A stretch of DNA of 45,440 nt from Rhodanobacteraceae bacterium (GCA_035703755.1 DASSXP010000079.1:1-45440); one strand, 5' to 3'. Shown: positions 1-11,241, counted from the stretch's first letter. Translations and numbers: made by a program. The notes: generated from the sequence alone by a model not told the origin.

Positions 1-92
1 ACCCGATCCCATCCCGAACTCGGAAGTGAAACGCAGCCGCGCCGATGGTAGTGTGGCACTAGCTCATGCAAGAGTAGGTCACCGCCAGGGTC
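1..92 (+). rRNA. rrf: 5S ribosomal RNA, 3' portion (the 5' end lies upstream of the window)
   Basis: The sequence CCCGATCCCATCCCGAACTCGGAAGTGAAACGC...GCCGATGGTAGTGTGG...AGAGTAGGTCACCGCCAGG matches the conserved bacterial 5S core (loop C/helix III-IV and the 3' helix I strand). A terminator follows immediately. Confidence 0.9.
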
Positions 93-102
93 TTTATTCA
101 AA

Positions 103-134
103 CGCCTCGCAGATTGATTCTGCGGGGCGTTTTC
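103..134 (+). terminator. Rho-independent terminator of the rRNA operon
   Basis: The stem cgcctcgcag (103-112) pairs with ctgcggggcg (120-129), with one G-U pair and a 7-nt loop. A TTTT run follows. Confidence 0.8.
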
Positions 135-176
135 CATTGCGTGAACGTGCTTCGGGCCAGACGACAACCATTGCAC

Positions 177-1547
177 ATGCTGACAAAGCCAAAAGCTTCC
201 AGTGATATGCCGACACATCGCCATGCACGTGTGATCTGCATGGTGATCGGCGCGCTGGCATTCCTGGGGCTGGCCTTGTTGCCGGGCTACTACAGCTTCG
301 ATGAGCTGCAGTGGATCGCGCGAGGACAGGACGCGGTTTTGCCGTGGCAGGATTGGCTCAACCTCAGCGTGCCGCAGTATCGGCCACTGACCTTCGATCT
401 GTGGCTGGCCCTGGCGTCGCTGCTTGGCGGTGAGCCGCTGCACTGGCATGCGCTGTGGGCCGGCTTTGCCGCGATCAACGGTTGGCTGCTGTACCACGTG
501 GGGCGCAGCTTCGGTTTGCAGAAAGGCACTGCGCGCTGGTTGGGGCTGGCCTTTTTGCTCAGCCCTTACGCCGTGTTCGTGCATGCCTGGGTGGCTACGC
601 TGGCGGATCTGCTGGTGTTCCAGTTTGCCGCCGTGGCGGTCCTTTGGCTGCGTCATCCATGGACAGGTTCGAGTGCGCGCTGGCTCGACGATGTAATGGT
701 TGTCACGCTGCTGACCTTGCTGGCGCTGGCCAGCAAGGAATCCGCCATTACGCTGCCGCTCGTTCTGCTGGGCGCCGCTTGCCGTCATCCGCATCCGCGG
801 CGCGCTTGTTTCGGTGCGCTGGTCGCGTCGCTGTGGGTCGGGCTTTACCTCGTTGTGCGCGCCCACACCATTCTGGACACCGTCGATGTCAATGGCAGTT
901 ACGGCTGGTCGATCGCCAACATTCCGGCCAACGCGCTGCGCTATGTGCTGTTTGTCTTTGATCTGCCCCGCTTCGAGGTGCACACGGAGTTGCTGCGTTG
1001 GCGTAGCTGGCATGTAGTGGCCGGCGGGGCTGCGCTACTCATGCTTACGACTGCGTTCAAACGCGGTTGGCGCTGGGGCATTGCTCTGCTAGTCGCCATC
1101 GTGTTGCCGGGGCCGGTGTTGATCCTCGATACCATCGCCAATCAGTACGCCTATCTGGCGAGTGCGGCGGTTTGCGTGTTGTTGGCGCTGGTCGCTGTCG
1201 ACGGCGGCAGGAACACCCGCCGCATCGTGCTGGCACTGGCCCTGCTGGCGGCGATCCATGGGGTGTGGCTCGGCGTGCGCATGGCCCGGGTGGGCGAGGT
1301 GCAGCAGAACCTGTACGCGGATGTGCTCGGCCGACTCGCCGCGGGTGCTGTCACGCCTTTGCGCATCGCCAGCGTCAGGGAGGGAGATCGCTGGCTGCCG
1401 CAGCGCCTGTTGCATCAAGTACCTAGCTACCGTGGGGTTGCTCTGGCCGGCGTGGTGGTGGTGACGGCCAATGCCGAAGATGCCGACTATTTGATGCGCC
1501 ATGATGGTCACTTGCAGGCGCCAGACCAGCCAGCTCGGCTAAAGTAG
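177..1547 (+). CDS. Polytopic inner-membrane protein, GT-C-fold (ArnT/PMT-like) glycosyltransferase candidate
   Basis: The track ORF 114-1547 was trimmed to the ATG at 177, because the 5' extension overlaps the 5S terminator; the ATG at 207 is an alternative start. The protein has many hydrophobic segments. It has an early loop with YYSFDE (Asp/Glu motif) and a later SKESAITLPL segment typical of GT-C enzymes. Its stop lies 4 nt before the exeA start. Confidence 0.55.
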   Translation: MLTKPKASSDMPTHRHARVICMVIGALAFLGLALLPGYYSFDELQWIARGQDAVLPWQDWLNLSVPQYRPLTFDLWLALASLLGGEPLHWHALWAGFAAINGWLLYHVGRSFGLQKGTARWLGLAFLLSPYAVFVHAWVATLADLLVFQFAAVAVLWLRHPWTGSSARWLDDVMVVTLLTLLALASKESAITLPLVLLGAACRHPHPRRACFGALVASLWVGLYLVVRAHTILDTVDVNGSYGWSIANIPANALRYVLFVFDLPRFEVHTELLRWRSWHVVAGGAALLMLTTAFKRGWRWGIALLVAIVLPGPVLILDTIANQYAYLASAAVCVLLALVAVDGGRNTRRIVLALALLAAIHGVWLGVRMARVGEVQQNLYADVLGRLAAGAVTPLRIASVREGDRWLPQRLLHQVPSYRGVALAGVVVVTANAEDADYLMRHDGHLQAPDQPARLK

Positions 1548-1551
1548 GCAC

Positions 1552-3153
1552 ATGTATCTCGACTACTACGGCCTCAAGGAAGCTCCGTTCTCGATCACGC
1601 CGGATCCACGCTACGTGTTTCTGTCGGAGCGGCACCGCGATGCACTGGCGCATCTGCTCTACGGTGTCGGCAAGGGTGGCAGCGGCGGCTTCGTGCAGCT
1701 GACGGGCGAAGTGGGCACCGGCAAGACCACGTTGTGCCGCCTGCTGCTCGAGCAGCTGCCGGAAAACACCCGCGTGGCACTGATCCTGAACCCCAAGTTG
1801 TCGCCGCTGGAATTGCTGGAAGCCATCTGCGACGAGTTGCGCATCAGCGTGGTGGACCGGCGCGGCAGCCAAAAGGCCATGGTGGATGCGTTGAACAGCT
1901 ATCTGCTGGACGCCTACGCCCAGGGGTTGCGCGTGGTGCTGATCGTCGATGAAGCGCAAAACCTCTCCACCGAGGCATTGGAGCAGATTCGCCTGCTGAC
2001 CAATCTGGAAACGCCGACCCAGAAACTGCTGCAAATCATCCTGCTCGGTCAGCCGGAATTGCGCGACATGTTGGCCCAATCCGAGCTGCGGCAATTGGCT
2101 CAGCGGATTACCGCGCGCTATCACTTGAAACCACTGGACGAGGCCGAGACCGATGCCTATGTGCGCCACCGATTGGCGGTCGCGGGTTTGCAGCGAGTGC
2201 CCTTCAGTCGGCTCGGTATACGGGCACTGTTTCAGCGCAGTGGTGGCGTGCCGCGCGTCATCAACATCATTGCCGATCGGGCGCTGACCGCCGGCTTCGC
2301 CATGGATCAGGCGACGCTGGGTGAGCGTACGGTCCAGCGTGCCGCCAACGAGGCCTTGCCCGGCAGTGCCAGCTACTGGGCGCGTCGCCTGGGCTTGCGC
2401 ATCGCGCTGCCGCTGCTCGGGCTGTTCCTTGCACTCGCCTTGACGACGTGGTGGTATCGCCACACGCAAACAGCGCCGCCGCCAAAGACGGTGTCCAGTG
2501 CATCGACCGTGCAGCCACCCGCAGCGGGGCTGCTGGCGTTGCGAGCCGCGCTGGCAACCGCCACCCACACCGAAGACGCCGCGTGGTCGCAATTGCTGGC
2601 GCGCTGGCAAGTACGCGCGGAGCAAGCCACGGTTGATCAAGCCAAGGCGTGCCCCGGCGTGCTGTTCGCGGGTTTCGACTGTCTGTCCGGGCGTGGAACG
2701 CTGGAGCAACTGGCTCGATTCGACCGGCCGATGATCCTCAAGCTGGGCCGCACCAACGAGCCGGCGGCGGCCTTGTTGCTGGGCGCCGGTCAAAATACCG
2801 TGAGACTGGAGCTCAACGGCACGCGTTATGATTTGCCGCGCGCTGCCTTGGACGAGATCTGGCAAGGTGAGTTCACGGTGGTGTTTCGTCTGCCGCCAGA
2901 ACAGCCGCAAACCTTGCAACAGGGGGATGCCGGCCCCGCGGTGGCCTGGGTGGCGCGCCAACTGACACTGAGCGATGGCATCAGGACCGCGTCGGCGGGC
3001 CCCGCCTACTACGACGCGGCGCTCAAGGATCGGGTCATCCGTCTGCAACAGGGGTTCGGTTTGCGCGCCGATGGCATCGTGGGCCAAGAGACCTTGTTCG
3101 CGCTGGCCTCGCTGGGTGCGGATGGGCCGCATCTGGCACACGATGTTCCTTGA
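1552..3153 (+). CDS. gspA: ExeA/GspA-family AAA ATPase with a C-terminal peptidoglycan-binding domain
   Basis: The N-terminus reads YYGLKEAPFSITPDPRYVF. Walker A is GEVGTGKTT and Walker B is LIVDEAQ. There is a mid-protein TM segment, and the C-terminal LQQGFGLRADGIVGQETLFAL is a PG_binding_1-like repeat. Confidence 0.85.
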   Translation: MYLDYYGLKEAPFSITPDPRYVFLSERHRDALAHLLYGVGKGGSGGFVQLTGEVGTGKTTLCRLLLEQLPENTRVALILNPKLSPLELLEAICDELRISVVDRRGSQKAMVDALNSYLLDAYAQGLRVVLIVDEAQNLSTEALEQIRLLTNLETPTQKLLQIILLGQPELRDMLAQSELRQLAQRITARYHLKPLDEAETDAYVRHRLAVAGLQRVPFSRLGIRALFQRSGGVPRVINIIADRALTAGFAMDQATLGERTVQRAANEALPGSASYWARRLGLRIALPLLGLFLALALTTWWYRHTQTAPPPKTVSSASTVQPPAAGLLALRAALATATHTEDAAWSQLLARWQVRAEQATVDQAKACPGVLFAGFDCLSGRGTLEQLARFDRPMILKLGRTNEPAAALLLGAGQNTVRLELNGTRYDLPRAALDEIWQGEFTVVFRLPPEQPQTLQQGDAGPAVAWVARQLTLSDGIRTASAGPAYYDAALKDRVIRLQQGFGLRADGIVGQETLFALASLGADGPHLAHDVP

Positions 3154-3234
3154 ATTCACCACGGTGGCTTGCCCAAGCCTCGCGCAGCCGCGATAGTGCG
3201 GGCTGTTTCCGTTTCCTTCTGAACGTGTTTGTCC

Positions 3235-3999
3235 ATGTCGCTGATACACGAAGCCCTGAAAAAAGCCGAACAACAGCGTCAACTCGGTGACGTCCCGACC
3301 TTGGGCAGCCCGGTGCGACTGGTTCGACCACGGCGCCCGTGGTTGGGTCTGGCGCTGTCGTTGGCAGGCGTTGCCGTGCTGGTGGGCGCCGCCTGGTGGT
3401 GGATGAGCCATCGGCCAGTACCGCCGGCAGCGCAGGCGTCGGAACAACGGCTGGCGACGGTCGCCACGCCGCCGGTCGCGGTGACAAACCCGGGCCTCGG
3501 CAGTCAACCGCCAGCGCCGGCGGCCAAGCCGGTAGCGGAAACAGCCACGACACCCGCGGCAGCGCCGCCCGCACCACGGCCCAAGGCCGTGCCTCCGGCA
3601 ACCGCCATGAAGCAGAAACAGGCGGGCAAAGTGACCGCGGCGCCACTGGCGAAGGAATCCACGGCGGCACCAACCATGCCGCAGCCGAGCCAAGCCCCGA
3701 CGCCGGCCGGCAAGCTGGTTCCCGCCGCGCCGCCCGCGAACAGCGGACGCCATCAAGGCGAGCTGCCGATGTACTGGGAACTGCCCTATGCCGAGCGCAA
3801 GGACTTCCCCGAGTTCCGCATCAGCATGCACGTCTACGCCACCAATCCGGCCGACCGCTTCGTGATACTGAACGGTACCCGCCAAAAAGAAGGCGATGAG
3901 TTGAGTGGCGGTCTGAAGCTGGTTGCCATCGATCCCGATGGCATCGTGCTGGAGTCGCACGACAAACGCTTCCGGGTGCCGCGCGGAGGCGGCTACTAG
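3235..3999 (+). CDS. gspB: GspB/ExeB-like general secretion pathway protein B
   Basis: The N-terminal MSLIHEALKKAEQQR is followed by a TM segment and a Pro/Ala-rich linker. The C-terminal region (FRISMHVYATNPADRFVILNG...GLKLVAIDPDGIVL) is typical of the GspB C-domain. I chose the ATG at 3235; the track start at 3229 is TTG. Confidence 0.75.
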   Translation: MSLIHEALKKAEQQRQLGDVPTLGSPVRLVRPRRPWLGLALSLAGVAVLVGAAWWWMSHRPVPPAAQASEQRLATVATPPVAVTNPGLGSQPPAPAAKPVAETATTPAAAPPAPRPKAVPPATAMKQKQAGKVTAAPLAKESTAAPTMPQPSQAPTPAGKLVPAAPPANSGRHQGELPMYWELPYAERKDFPEFRISMHVYATNPADRFVILNGTRQKEGDELSGGLKLVAIDPDGIVLESHDKRFRVPRGGGY

Positions 4000-4004
4000 T
4001 CACC

Positions 4005-4676
4005 ATGTTCGTCCATCTGGAACAACGCCAGCGACGCGTTTTTCCCTGGGCCACCTTGCTGCTGGTAACCGCGTGTGTCGCGGTCTTCGTCTGCCTCAGC
4101 CTGACGCCGGCCGCCGCCCGTCTGCGCCTGGTGCTGGCTTGGGGCGTGATGCCGGCGGAGCTGCTGAGCGGTACGCTGCACCCCGCCCATCTAGCGCAGT
4201 TGGTGAGCACACTCTTCATCCATGCGGACTGGCTGCATCTGGTCAGCAACCTGCTGTTCCTGGTTATCTTCGGCTTGCCGGCCGAACGCGCGCTCAAGTG
4301 GCAACGCTACCTGCTGCTGTTCCTGACCGGGGGTGCTTGCGCCAACCTGATGGGTGCGGTGAGCGTGGCGGACAGTCACGCGGTGCTGGTGGGTTGCAGT
4401 GGTGCCGTGTCGGCCGTGGTGGGCGCGTATCTGGCGCTGTTTCCGCGGGCGCGGCTCGGGGTGGTGTTGCCATTGGGTTTGTTCTTCGAGTTCGTGCGCG
4501 TGCCGGCACTGCTGCTGATTGGGGTGTGGGTGCTGCTGCAGTTCGTGTTCACCTATGTCGGGCCGAGCTTTGGCGCGGTGGTGTGGTGGACCCACATCGC
4601 CGGCTTCCTGTTCGGCCTTTTGTTCGGCACCCTCTCGCGCCCGGCGTTGGCCAGGCGTCAACGCCGAGCGGTCTGA
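4005..4676 (+). CDS. Rhomboid-family intramembrane serine protease
   Basis: The rhomboid motifs are all present: H-x4-H-x3-N (FIHADWLHLVSN), the catalytic GxSG (GCSGAV) and the TM6 His (THIAGFLFG). It has six hydrophobic segments and starts 5 nt after the gspB stop. Confidence 0.85.
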   Translation: MFVHLEQRQRRVFPWATLLLVTACVAVFVCLSLTPAAARLRLVLAWGVMPAELLSGTLHPAHLAQLVSTLFIHADWLHLVSNLLFLVIFGLPAERALKWQRYLLLFLTGGACANLMGAVSVADSHAVLVGCSGAVSAVVGAYLALFPRARLGVVLPLGLFFEFVRVPALLLIGVWVLLQFVFTYVGPSFGAVVWWTHIAGFLFGLLFGTLSRPALARRQRRAV

Positions 4677-4677
4677 T

Positions 4678-5487
4678 TCAGGCGGCCGGTGGTGGTGGCG
4701 GCGTTGCTGGCGTTGTGCTGTCAGCTGCGGTTGGCATGTGCGTGGCATCACCAAACACCGCCCGGGTGCCGAAATACAGCATCGGCCCCAACACCGTATA
4801 GACCGCTGCCGAGGTCAGCAGGTCGCCAATCCGGCCGAGGTGAAGCAGGCTGAGGACGTACAACAATACCCAGCTCCCGACCAACAGCACGATACAACTC
4901 ACCGCAAAAGCGCCAGCGTTGGCGCGCGCCGCACGCCAACTTTCACCCATGGCGGGAAATGCCTCGATCGAACCCAGCATGCAGCGCGGTATGGCGAAAT
5001 AGGTGAATGCGTAAGCGGCCAGCAACAGTGCGACCAACAAAGGGATGAGCAGCAGCAATCCGCCACCGAACGCCGCCCAAATCGCTTGCGGGTTGTCGAG
5101 CAGGGCTTGGGCATTGGCGAGCGCGCCGGAAATGAAGGCGCCAATGGCGAACACAAAGACCAAGGCGGCGGCCACCAGCAATGCCACCACGGTCGGAATG
5201 CACAACGCCACCAGCGCGCCAACGCGGTCGCTTTGCTGGAAGCCCTGAAAAAGCTGGCCGGCCGATGGCGCGCCGCCACGGTTGGCGGTATGCGCGGCCG
5301 CCACCGTGCCGCCGATCAGAGCTGGCCCCAGAATCAGGGTGACAAGGCCGCCGAGAAACGGAATGAGGCCGATCAGCGCAATGATCAGCCCCATCACCGG
5401 GAACACCAGCGGCCAGCGCTTGGCCAGGCTGGCGGCGCCAACCAGCCAATCGATGCCGGCGCTGGCGGGGACGGAATTCATGGACAC
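4678..5487 (-). CDS. Conserved multi-pass membrane protein (resembles the BPSS1780/DUF2189-type family, tentative)
   Basis: The 269-aa ORF starts at GTG, with AGGAG 6 nt upstream. The N-terminal VPASAGIDWL...LIGLIPFLGGLV pattern and the repeated hydrophobic helices support the call. The C-terminus is Pro-rich. Confidence 0.6.
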   Translation of the reverse strand: MSMNSVPASAGIDWLVGAASLAKRWPLVFPVMGLIIALIGLIPFLGGLVTLILGPALIGGTVAAAHTANRGGAPSAGQLFQGFQQSDRVGALVALCIPTVVALLVAAALVFVFAIGAFISGALANAQALLDNPQAIWAAFGGGLLLLIPLLVALLLAAYAFTYFAIPRCMLGSIEAFPAMGESWRAARANAGAFAVSCIVLLVGSWVLLYVLSLLHLGRIGDLLTSAAVYTVLGPMLYFGTRAVFGDATHMPTAADSTTPATPPPPPAA

Positions 5488-5520
5488 GGCGTACTCCTGT
5501 GCTTGGGTGGGCGGCAGGGT

Positions 5521-6228
5521 TCAAGTGTGGCGCGCGACCGCCCGTTGGGCAAACCGGCGCAGTAGTTGGCGGGCGAGTGGCGTCGCGGCACTGGTCCGCA
5601 ACAAAGCGCCGATGTTCAGACCCTCCTCGCGCAACTGCGGCGCACGCAGGCGCACATAGGCACGCATGATGTCGCGGCTGAACTCGGGGTGGAACTGCGT
5701 TGACTGCGCGTACGGACCGTACTGGATGACTTGGTGCGGGTCTTGCTGCGATGCGGCCAGCGGTTGGCTGCCGGGCGCAAGTTCGAGCACCGATTGACGA
5801 TGCGTGGTGTGGGCGCGAAAACGCGCCGGCAAGCCGCCGACTGGCGTGGCGGCCAGACGGACGACCTCTTTGGTACCGATCTCGCGCTCGGGCAAATAAC
5901 CCACGCGGCCACCCAGGGCATGCGTCATCAGCTGATGGCCATAGCAGACACCGAACAGCGGCAGGTCGGCGTCCATCGCCTTGCGGATCCAGCCGGCGGC
6001 CGCCTCACTCCATGGCGCGCGCTCGGTCACCATCGCGGCGGAGCCACTGATGACGGCGCCCACGACGGTGTTCGGCGCCGGCAACGGCGCGCCAGAGGAG
6101 GCATCGACCACCCGCACCGCGGATGACGGCAACTTCATCGCGCAGCGGAACCAGTGATCGAAGTCACCGTGACGGGCGCGAATCGCGCTGGGCGCATGCC
6201 CGGTCAACAGAATCAAGAGTGGCAACAT
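5521..6228 (-). CDS. Class I glutamine amidotransferase (GuaA-N/YfeJ-like stand-alone GATase)
   Basis: The nucleophile elbow is GVCYGHQLM and a downstream HPE motif (QFHPEF) is present. The protein is 235 aa. It lies 27 nt downstream of the GspE-like gene on the same strand. Confidence 0.8.
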   Translation of the reverse strand: MLPLLILLTGHAPSAIRARHGDFDHWFRCAMKLPSSAVRVVDASSGAPLPAPNTVVGAVISGSAAMVTERAPWSEAAAGWIRKAMDADLPLFGVCYGHQLMTHALGGRVGYLPEREIGTKEVVRLAATPVGGLPARFRAHTTHRQSVLELAPGSQPLAASQQDPHQVIQYGPYAQSTQFHPEFSRDIMRAYVRLRAPQLREEGLNIGALLRTSAATPLARQLLRRFAQRAVARHT

Positions 6229-6255
6229 GGCGGCGATGCGTCTGCGGAGCCGGGC

Positions 6256-8052
6256 TCACGCATCGGCCGGTGGCAACACCGCCATCACTTCGGCCACGGT
6301 GGTGACGCCGCGGGTGACTTGGGTGGCGGCCGAAATGCGCAGCGGTTGCATGCCCTCGGCCAGCGCGGTTCGGGTGAACTCGGGCAGGTCGAGGTTGGCA
6401 TTCATCAATCCGCGCAAGCGCGATGAAATGCGGATGATCTCGTACACGCCGGTACGGCCGAGAAAACCGGTGTTGCGGCACTCGAGACAGCCCACCGGCG
6501 ACTGCACGCTGGCCGGCACGGCGATATCCCACCCGTGCGTGAGTACGCGCCATGCGTCCGCATCCTGTTCGGCCGCTTGTTTGCAATGCGGACACAACAC
6601 CCGCACCAGGCGTTGCGCCATCACGCCGGCGAGGGTGGATTGGATCAGATAGTGCGGCACGCCGAGATCCAGCAGACGGGTGATCGCGCTGGGCGCGTCG
6701 TTGGTGTGCAGAGTGGACAGCACCAGGTGGCCGGTCAGCGAGGCTTGTACCGCCATCTGCGCGGTTTCCAGGTCGCGGATTTCACCCACCATGATGATGT
6801 CCGGGTCTTGCCGCAGCAGGGTGCGCACGCCGGCGGCGAAATCGAGGTCGATGGCCGGTTGCACCTGCATCTGGTTGAGCTCCGCCGAAACCATTTCGAT
6901 CGGGTCCTCCACCGTGCAGACGTTGAGCTCCGGTCGCGCCAGATATTTCAAGGTCGAGTACAGCGTGGTGGTCTTGCCGGAGCCGGTCGGGCCGGTCACC
7001 AGCACGATGCCATTGGGGCGGTCGATCAGGGCGTGCCACAGCGCGTCCTCCGCGGTCGAGAAGCCCAGCTGGGAAAAATCCTTGGCCACGATGTCGGGGT
7101 CGAAGATGCGCATCACCACCTTTTCCCCAAAGGCGGTCGGCATGGTCGAGATGCGCAATTCCACCTCGCGGCCCGCGGTGGAGCGGGTCTTGATGCGCCC
7201 GTCCTGCGGGCGGCGTTTTTCCGCCACGTCGAGCCGAGACAGAATCTTGATGCGCGAGGTCACCGCGGTCATCACCGGCGGCGGCAGCTCAAACACCTTG
7301 TGCATCACGCCATCGATGCGAAAACGCAGGTTGCCGGTGTCGCGCCGTGGCTCCAGATGAATGTCCGAGGCGCGCTGCTCGAACGCGTATTGCAGCAGCC
7401 AGTCGACGATGTGCACCACATGGCGGTCATCGACGCCCACCTCGCCTTGCTTGCCGAGTTCCAGCAGTTGTTCGAAATTGAGCAGCTTGGCGCTGTCGTA
7501 GCTCTCGTTCTTGGCGTCTTGCGCCAAGCGGATCGAACGCTGCACGCCGTAGAACTCGGCCAGATAGCGGTTGATGTCCAGCGGGCTGGAGACCACGCAG
7601 TGGATCTCGCGCCGCAGCATTTGCGCCAGGTCGCGCGCCCATGCCCGTTCGAACGGCTCGCAGGTGGCAAAACTGACGCTGTCGCTGTCCACCGCCACCG
7701 GCAGGATGCGGTGGCGCTGGGCATAGGCCTGGCTCACCGCCTGCGTCACCGCGTTGGCGTCGATCTTCATCGGATCGATCTTGAGGTACGGCAGGGCAGC
7801 CTTCTCGGCCAGCCACTCGGTCAACACTTCGAGGCTGAGCGGACGGCCGGGGTCGCGCTGGTTTTCCAGCTTGGCGTGCGCCACCGTCACCAGTGGATGC
7901 AACTCCAGCGCATGCCGGCCGCTGCGGGCGCTGTTGCGCACCTGGCGCGCCTGATCGCTGCCGATGTAGCCATCCACCACCAGCGTGGCGAGGACTTCGT
8001 CGAGTTCCAGCCGGCCACGCCGACCAAGTGTTGTAGCGGGTTGTGCGGACAC
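6256..8052 (-). CDS. GspE/PilB-family type II/IV secretion ATPase
   Basis: Walker A is [13 protein letters not shown]. The Asp box, Walker B ([12 protein letters not shown]) and His box ([12 protein letters not shown]) are present, as is a tetracysteine motif (CPHC...CLEC). The N-terminus has a T2SSE_N-like domain. The apparent start is GTG. Confidence 0.85.
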   Translation of the reverse strand: MSAQPATTLGRRGRLELDEVLATLVVDGYIGSDQARQVRNSARSGRHALELHPLVTVAHAKLENQRDPGRPLSLEVLTEWLAEKAALPYLKIDPMKIDANAVTQAVSQAYAQRHRILPVAVDSDSVSFATCEPFERAWARDLAQMLRREIHCVVSSPLDINRYLAEFYGVQRSIRLAQDAKNESYDSAKLLNFEQLLELGKQGEVGVDDRHVVHIVDWLLQYAFEQRASDIHLEPRRDTGNLRFRIDGVMHKVFELPPPVMTAVTSRIKILSRLDVAEKRRPQDGRIKTRSTAGREVELRISTMPTAFGEKVVMRIFDPDIVAKDFSQLGFSTAEDALWHALIDRPNGIVLVTGPTGSGKTTTLYSTLKYLARPELNVCTVEDPIEMVSAELNQMQVQPAIDLDFAAGVRTLLRQDPDIIMVGEIRDLETAQMAVQASLTGHLVLSTLHTNDAPSAITRLLDLGVPHYLIQSTLAGVMAQRLVRVLCPHCKQAAEQDADAWRVLTHGWDIAVPASVQSPVGCLECRNTGFLGRTGVYEIIRISSRLRGLMNANLDLPEFTRTALAEGMQPLRISAATQVTRGVTTVAEVMAVLPPADA

Positions 8053-8116
8053 GGGGAGTCCAATGCGAGCGTACCGTCAACGCTATACTAACGCGCTTTG
8101 TTTTGCCCAAGGCGTC

Positions 8117-9024
<908 letters not shown>

Positions 9025-9028
<4 letters not shown>

Positions 9029-11166
9029 GTACGCCGCAATCCCTGTTGATCGAGCTCGGCACCGAAGAGCTGCCACCCAAGGCGCTGGATGATCTTGCGG
9101 CCGCGTTTGCCGGCGGCATCGTCGACGGCTTGTCAAAGCGCGGTCTGGCCATCGATGCCGCCGCCGCGCGTAGCTACTGCTCGCCACGTCGCTTGGCGGT
9201 GTGGATTCCGCAGGTGGCCGATGCACAGCTCGATCAGGCCATCGAACGGCGTGGCCCGGCGCTGGCCGGCGGCCGCGATGCGGAGGGCCAGCCGAGTCGC
9301 GCCCTGCTCGGCTTTGCGCAATCCTGCGGGGTTGCGGTGGACGAGCTGACGACGCTGGAAACCGACAAGGGCGCCTGGTTCGTGCACCGCGCCACCCAGG
9401 CAGGCCAGCCGCTGGCGGCCTTGCTGCCAGAGGTTCTGGCCGAGACCCTGAAAGCCTTGCCGATCCCCAGGCCGATGCGCTGGGGTGACCACGATTACAG
9501 TTTCGTGCGGCCCGCGCATTGGCTGGTTGTCCTGCACGGCGCGGCGGTGATCGAGCTGGAGCTGCTCGGCTTGCACAGTGGCCGCGAGTCCCGTGGGCAT
9601 CGGTTCCACCATCCCGAGCCGGTGACGATTGCCGATGCCGATGCCTGGTTGGGCGCGCTGCGTGCCGTCAAGGTGCTGGCCGATCCGGTGGAACGACGCC
9701 GGCGTGTACGCGAGCAGGTCGAGACGGTGGGTGCCGATCTCGGCGGCACGCCGCGACTCAGCGAGGCGTTGCTTGCTGAAATCGGCAACCTGGTTGAATG
9801 GCCCGTAGCGATCGCTTGTGCCTTCGAGCCGGCGTTCCTGAAGGTGCCGGCAGAAGCGCTGGTCACCACCATGGAAACCAACCAGAAATTCGTGCCGGTG
9901 TTCGACGCGGCCGGCCAACTGACCGCGCAGTTCATCGGCGTCGCCAACATCGAGTCGAAGGACCCGGGCGAAATCCGCAAGGGCTACGAGCGGGTAATCC
10001 GGCCGCGTTTTGCCGACGCCAAGTTCTTCTTTGAGGAAGACCTCAAGACGCCGTTGGCCGGCTATCAGGCCGCACTCAAGAATGTTACCTACCAGCAGGC
10101 GCTCGGCAGCGTGTGGGACAAAACCTGCCGCGTGGCCGAGCTCGCCCGCATCATCGCCAATCGGGTCGGGGTCGATGCCGGGTTGGCGACCCATGCGGCC
10201 AGCCTCGCCAAGTGCGATCTGATGACGCGCATGGTGGGCGAGTTCCCGGAGCTGCAAGGCGTGATGGGGCGCTACTACGCCGCCGCCCATGGCGAGCCGG
10301 CCGCGGTGGCACAGGCGCTGGACGAGTGCTACCAGCCGCGCCAGTCCGGCGATCCGATCGCTGTCGGTGCGGTCGCCCGCGTGCTGGCGGTGGCCGAACG
10401 CTTCGACACGCTGGCCGGCATCTTCGCCGTCGGCATGAAGCCCTCCGGCAGCAAGGACCCGTTCGCACTGCGTCGCGCGGCGCAAGGTCTGGGCCGCACG
10501 CTGATCGAAGGCGGCCTCGACATCGAGCTCGAAGCCACGTTCCTGGAGGCGCTGGAATTGGTGCCCGAGGCGGCATTCAAGTCCGCTGTGAAAGCCGGCA
10601 AGGATGGTGCGACAGCGGCGCACGACGGCGGTGCCCGTCGTGCTGCCCTCGCGGCCGAGTTGCGCGACTTCGTGATTGATCGCCTGCGCGGCTACTACGC
10701 TGAGCAAGGCTTCGGCGCCGAGCCGTTCGACGCCGTGCTCGCCGTCAATCCGCCCACCCTGGTCGACTTTGACCGCCGCCTGCGCGCCGTCGCCGCGTTC
10801 GCCCAGCTGCCACAAGCTGCCAGTCTCGCCGCCGCCAACAAGCGCGTCGGCAATATCCTGCGCAAACAGGCAGACGCCGCGCCGGCGGGCACCACGCCGG
10901 TTGACCCCGGCTTGTTCGAGCTCGATACCGAGCACGCGCTGCTGGCTGCATTGGATTCGGCCAGCGGCGATAGCGAACAACGCGCCGCCGCCGGGGATTA
11001 CGCCGGCGCCCTGGCGCGGTTGGCGGAACTACAGGCGCCGGTCGACCACTACTTCGACACCGTGCTGGTGATGGCCGATGACGCGGCCGTGCGTACCAAT
11101 CGGCTTGCCCTGCTGGCGCGGCTGCATCAACGCTTCCTCGCCATCGCCGATATCGGGCGGCTGTGA
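9025..11166 (+). CDS. glyS: Glycine--tRNA ligase beta subunit
   Basis: The N-terminus [13 protein letters not shown] is characteristic. The 713-aa protein starts at an ATGA overlap with the glyQ stop. Confidence 0.95.
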
Positions 11167-11212
11167 GCGCGAAAACTGTTGCGAAAGCACAACAATATTC
11201 GTAAAAAAGATG

Positions 11213-11241
11213 TTGACGCCCGGTTACCGATCAATTACGTT
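11213..11241 (+). promoter_or_regulatory. Putative sigma-70 promoter for the TonB-dependent receptor
   Basis: The pattern is TTGACG, a 17-nt spacer, then TACGTT. It would give a 5' leader of about 240 nt. Confidence 0.3.

Noticed and set aside
1229-1244. Additional sigma-54-like matches: TGGCACtggcccTGC here, and TTGGCACGCAAG at 28130
   Set aside because: Both lie inside well-supported coding sequences. The 28130 site has the wrong GG-to-GC spacing. I treat both as chance matches.
1423-3960. An 845-aa ORF on the minus strand
   Set aside because: It is antisense to exeA and gspB, which have clear motifs. The translation is Arg/Gly/Gln/His-rich low-complexity sequence typical of the antisense frame in GC-rich DNA, and no motifs are present.
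1552-8052. A complete type II secretion or type IV pilus gene cluster
   Set aside because: Only GspA, GspB and an unlinked GspE-family ATPase are present. There is no secretin, platform protein, pseudopilin or prepilin peptidase in the window.
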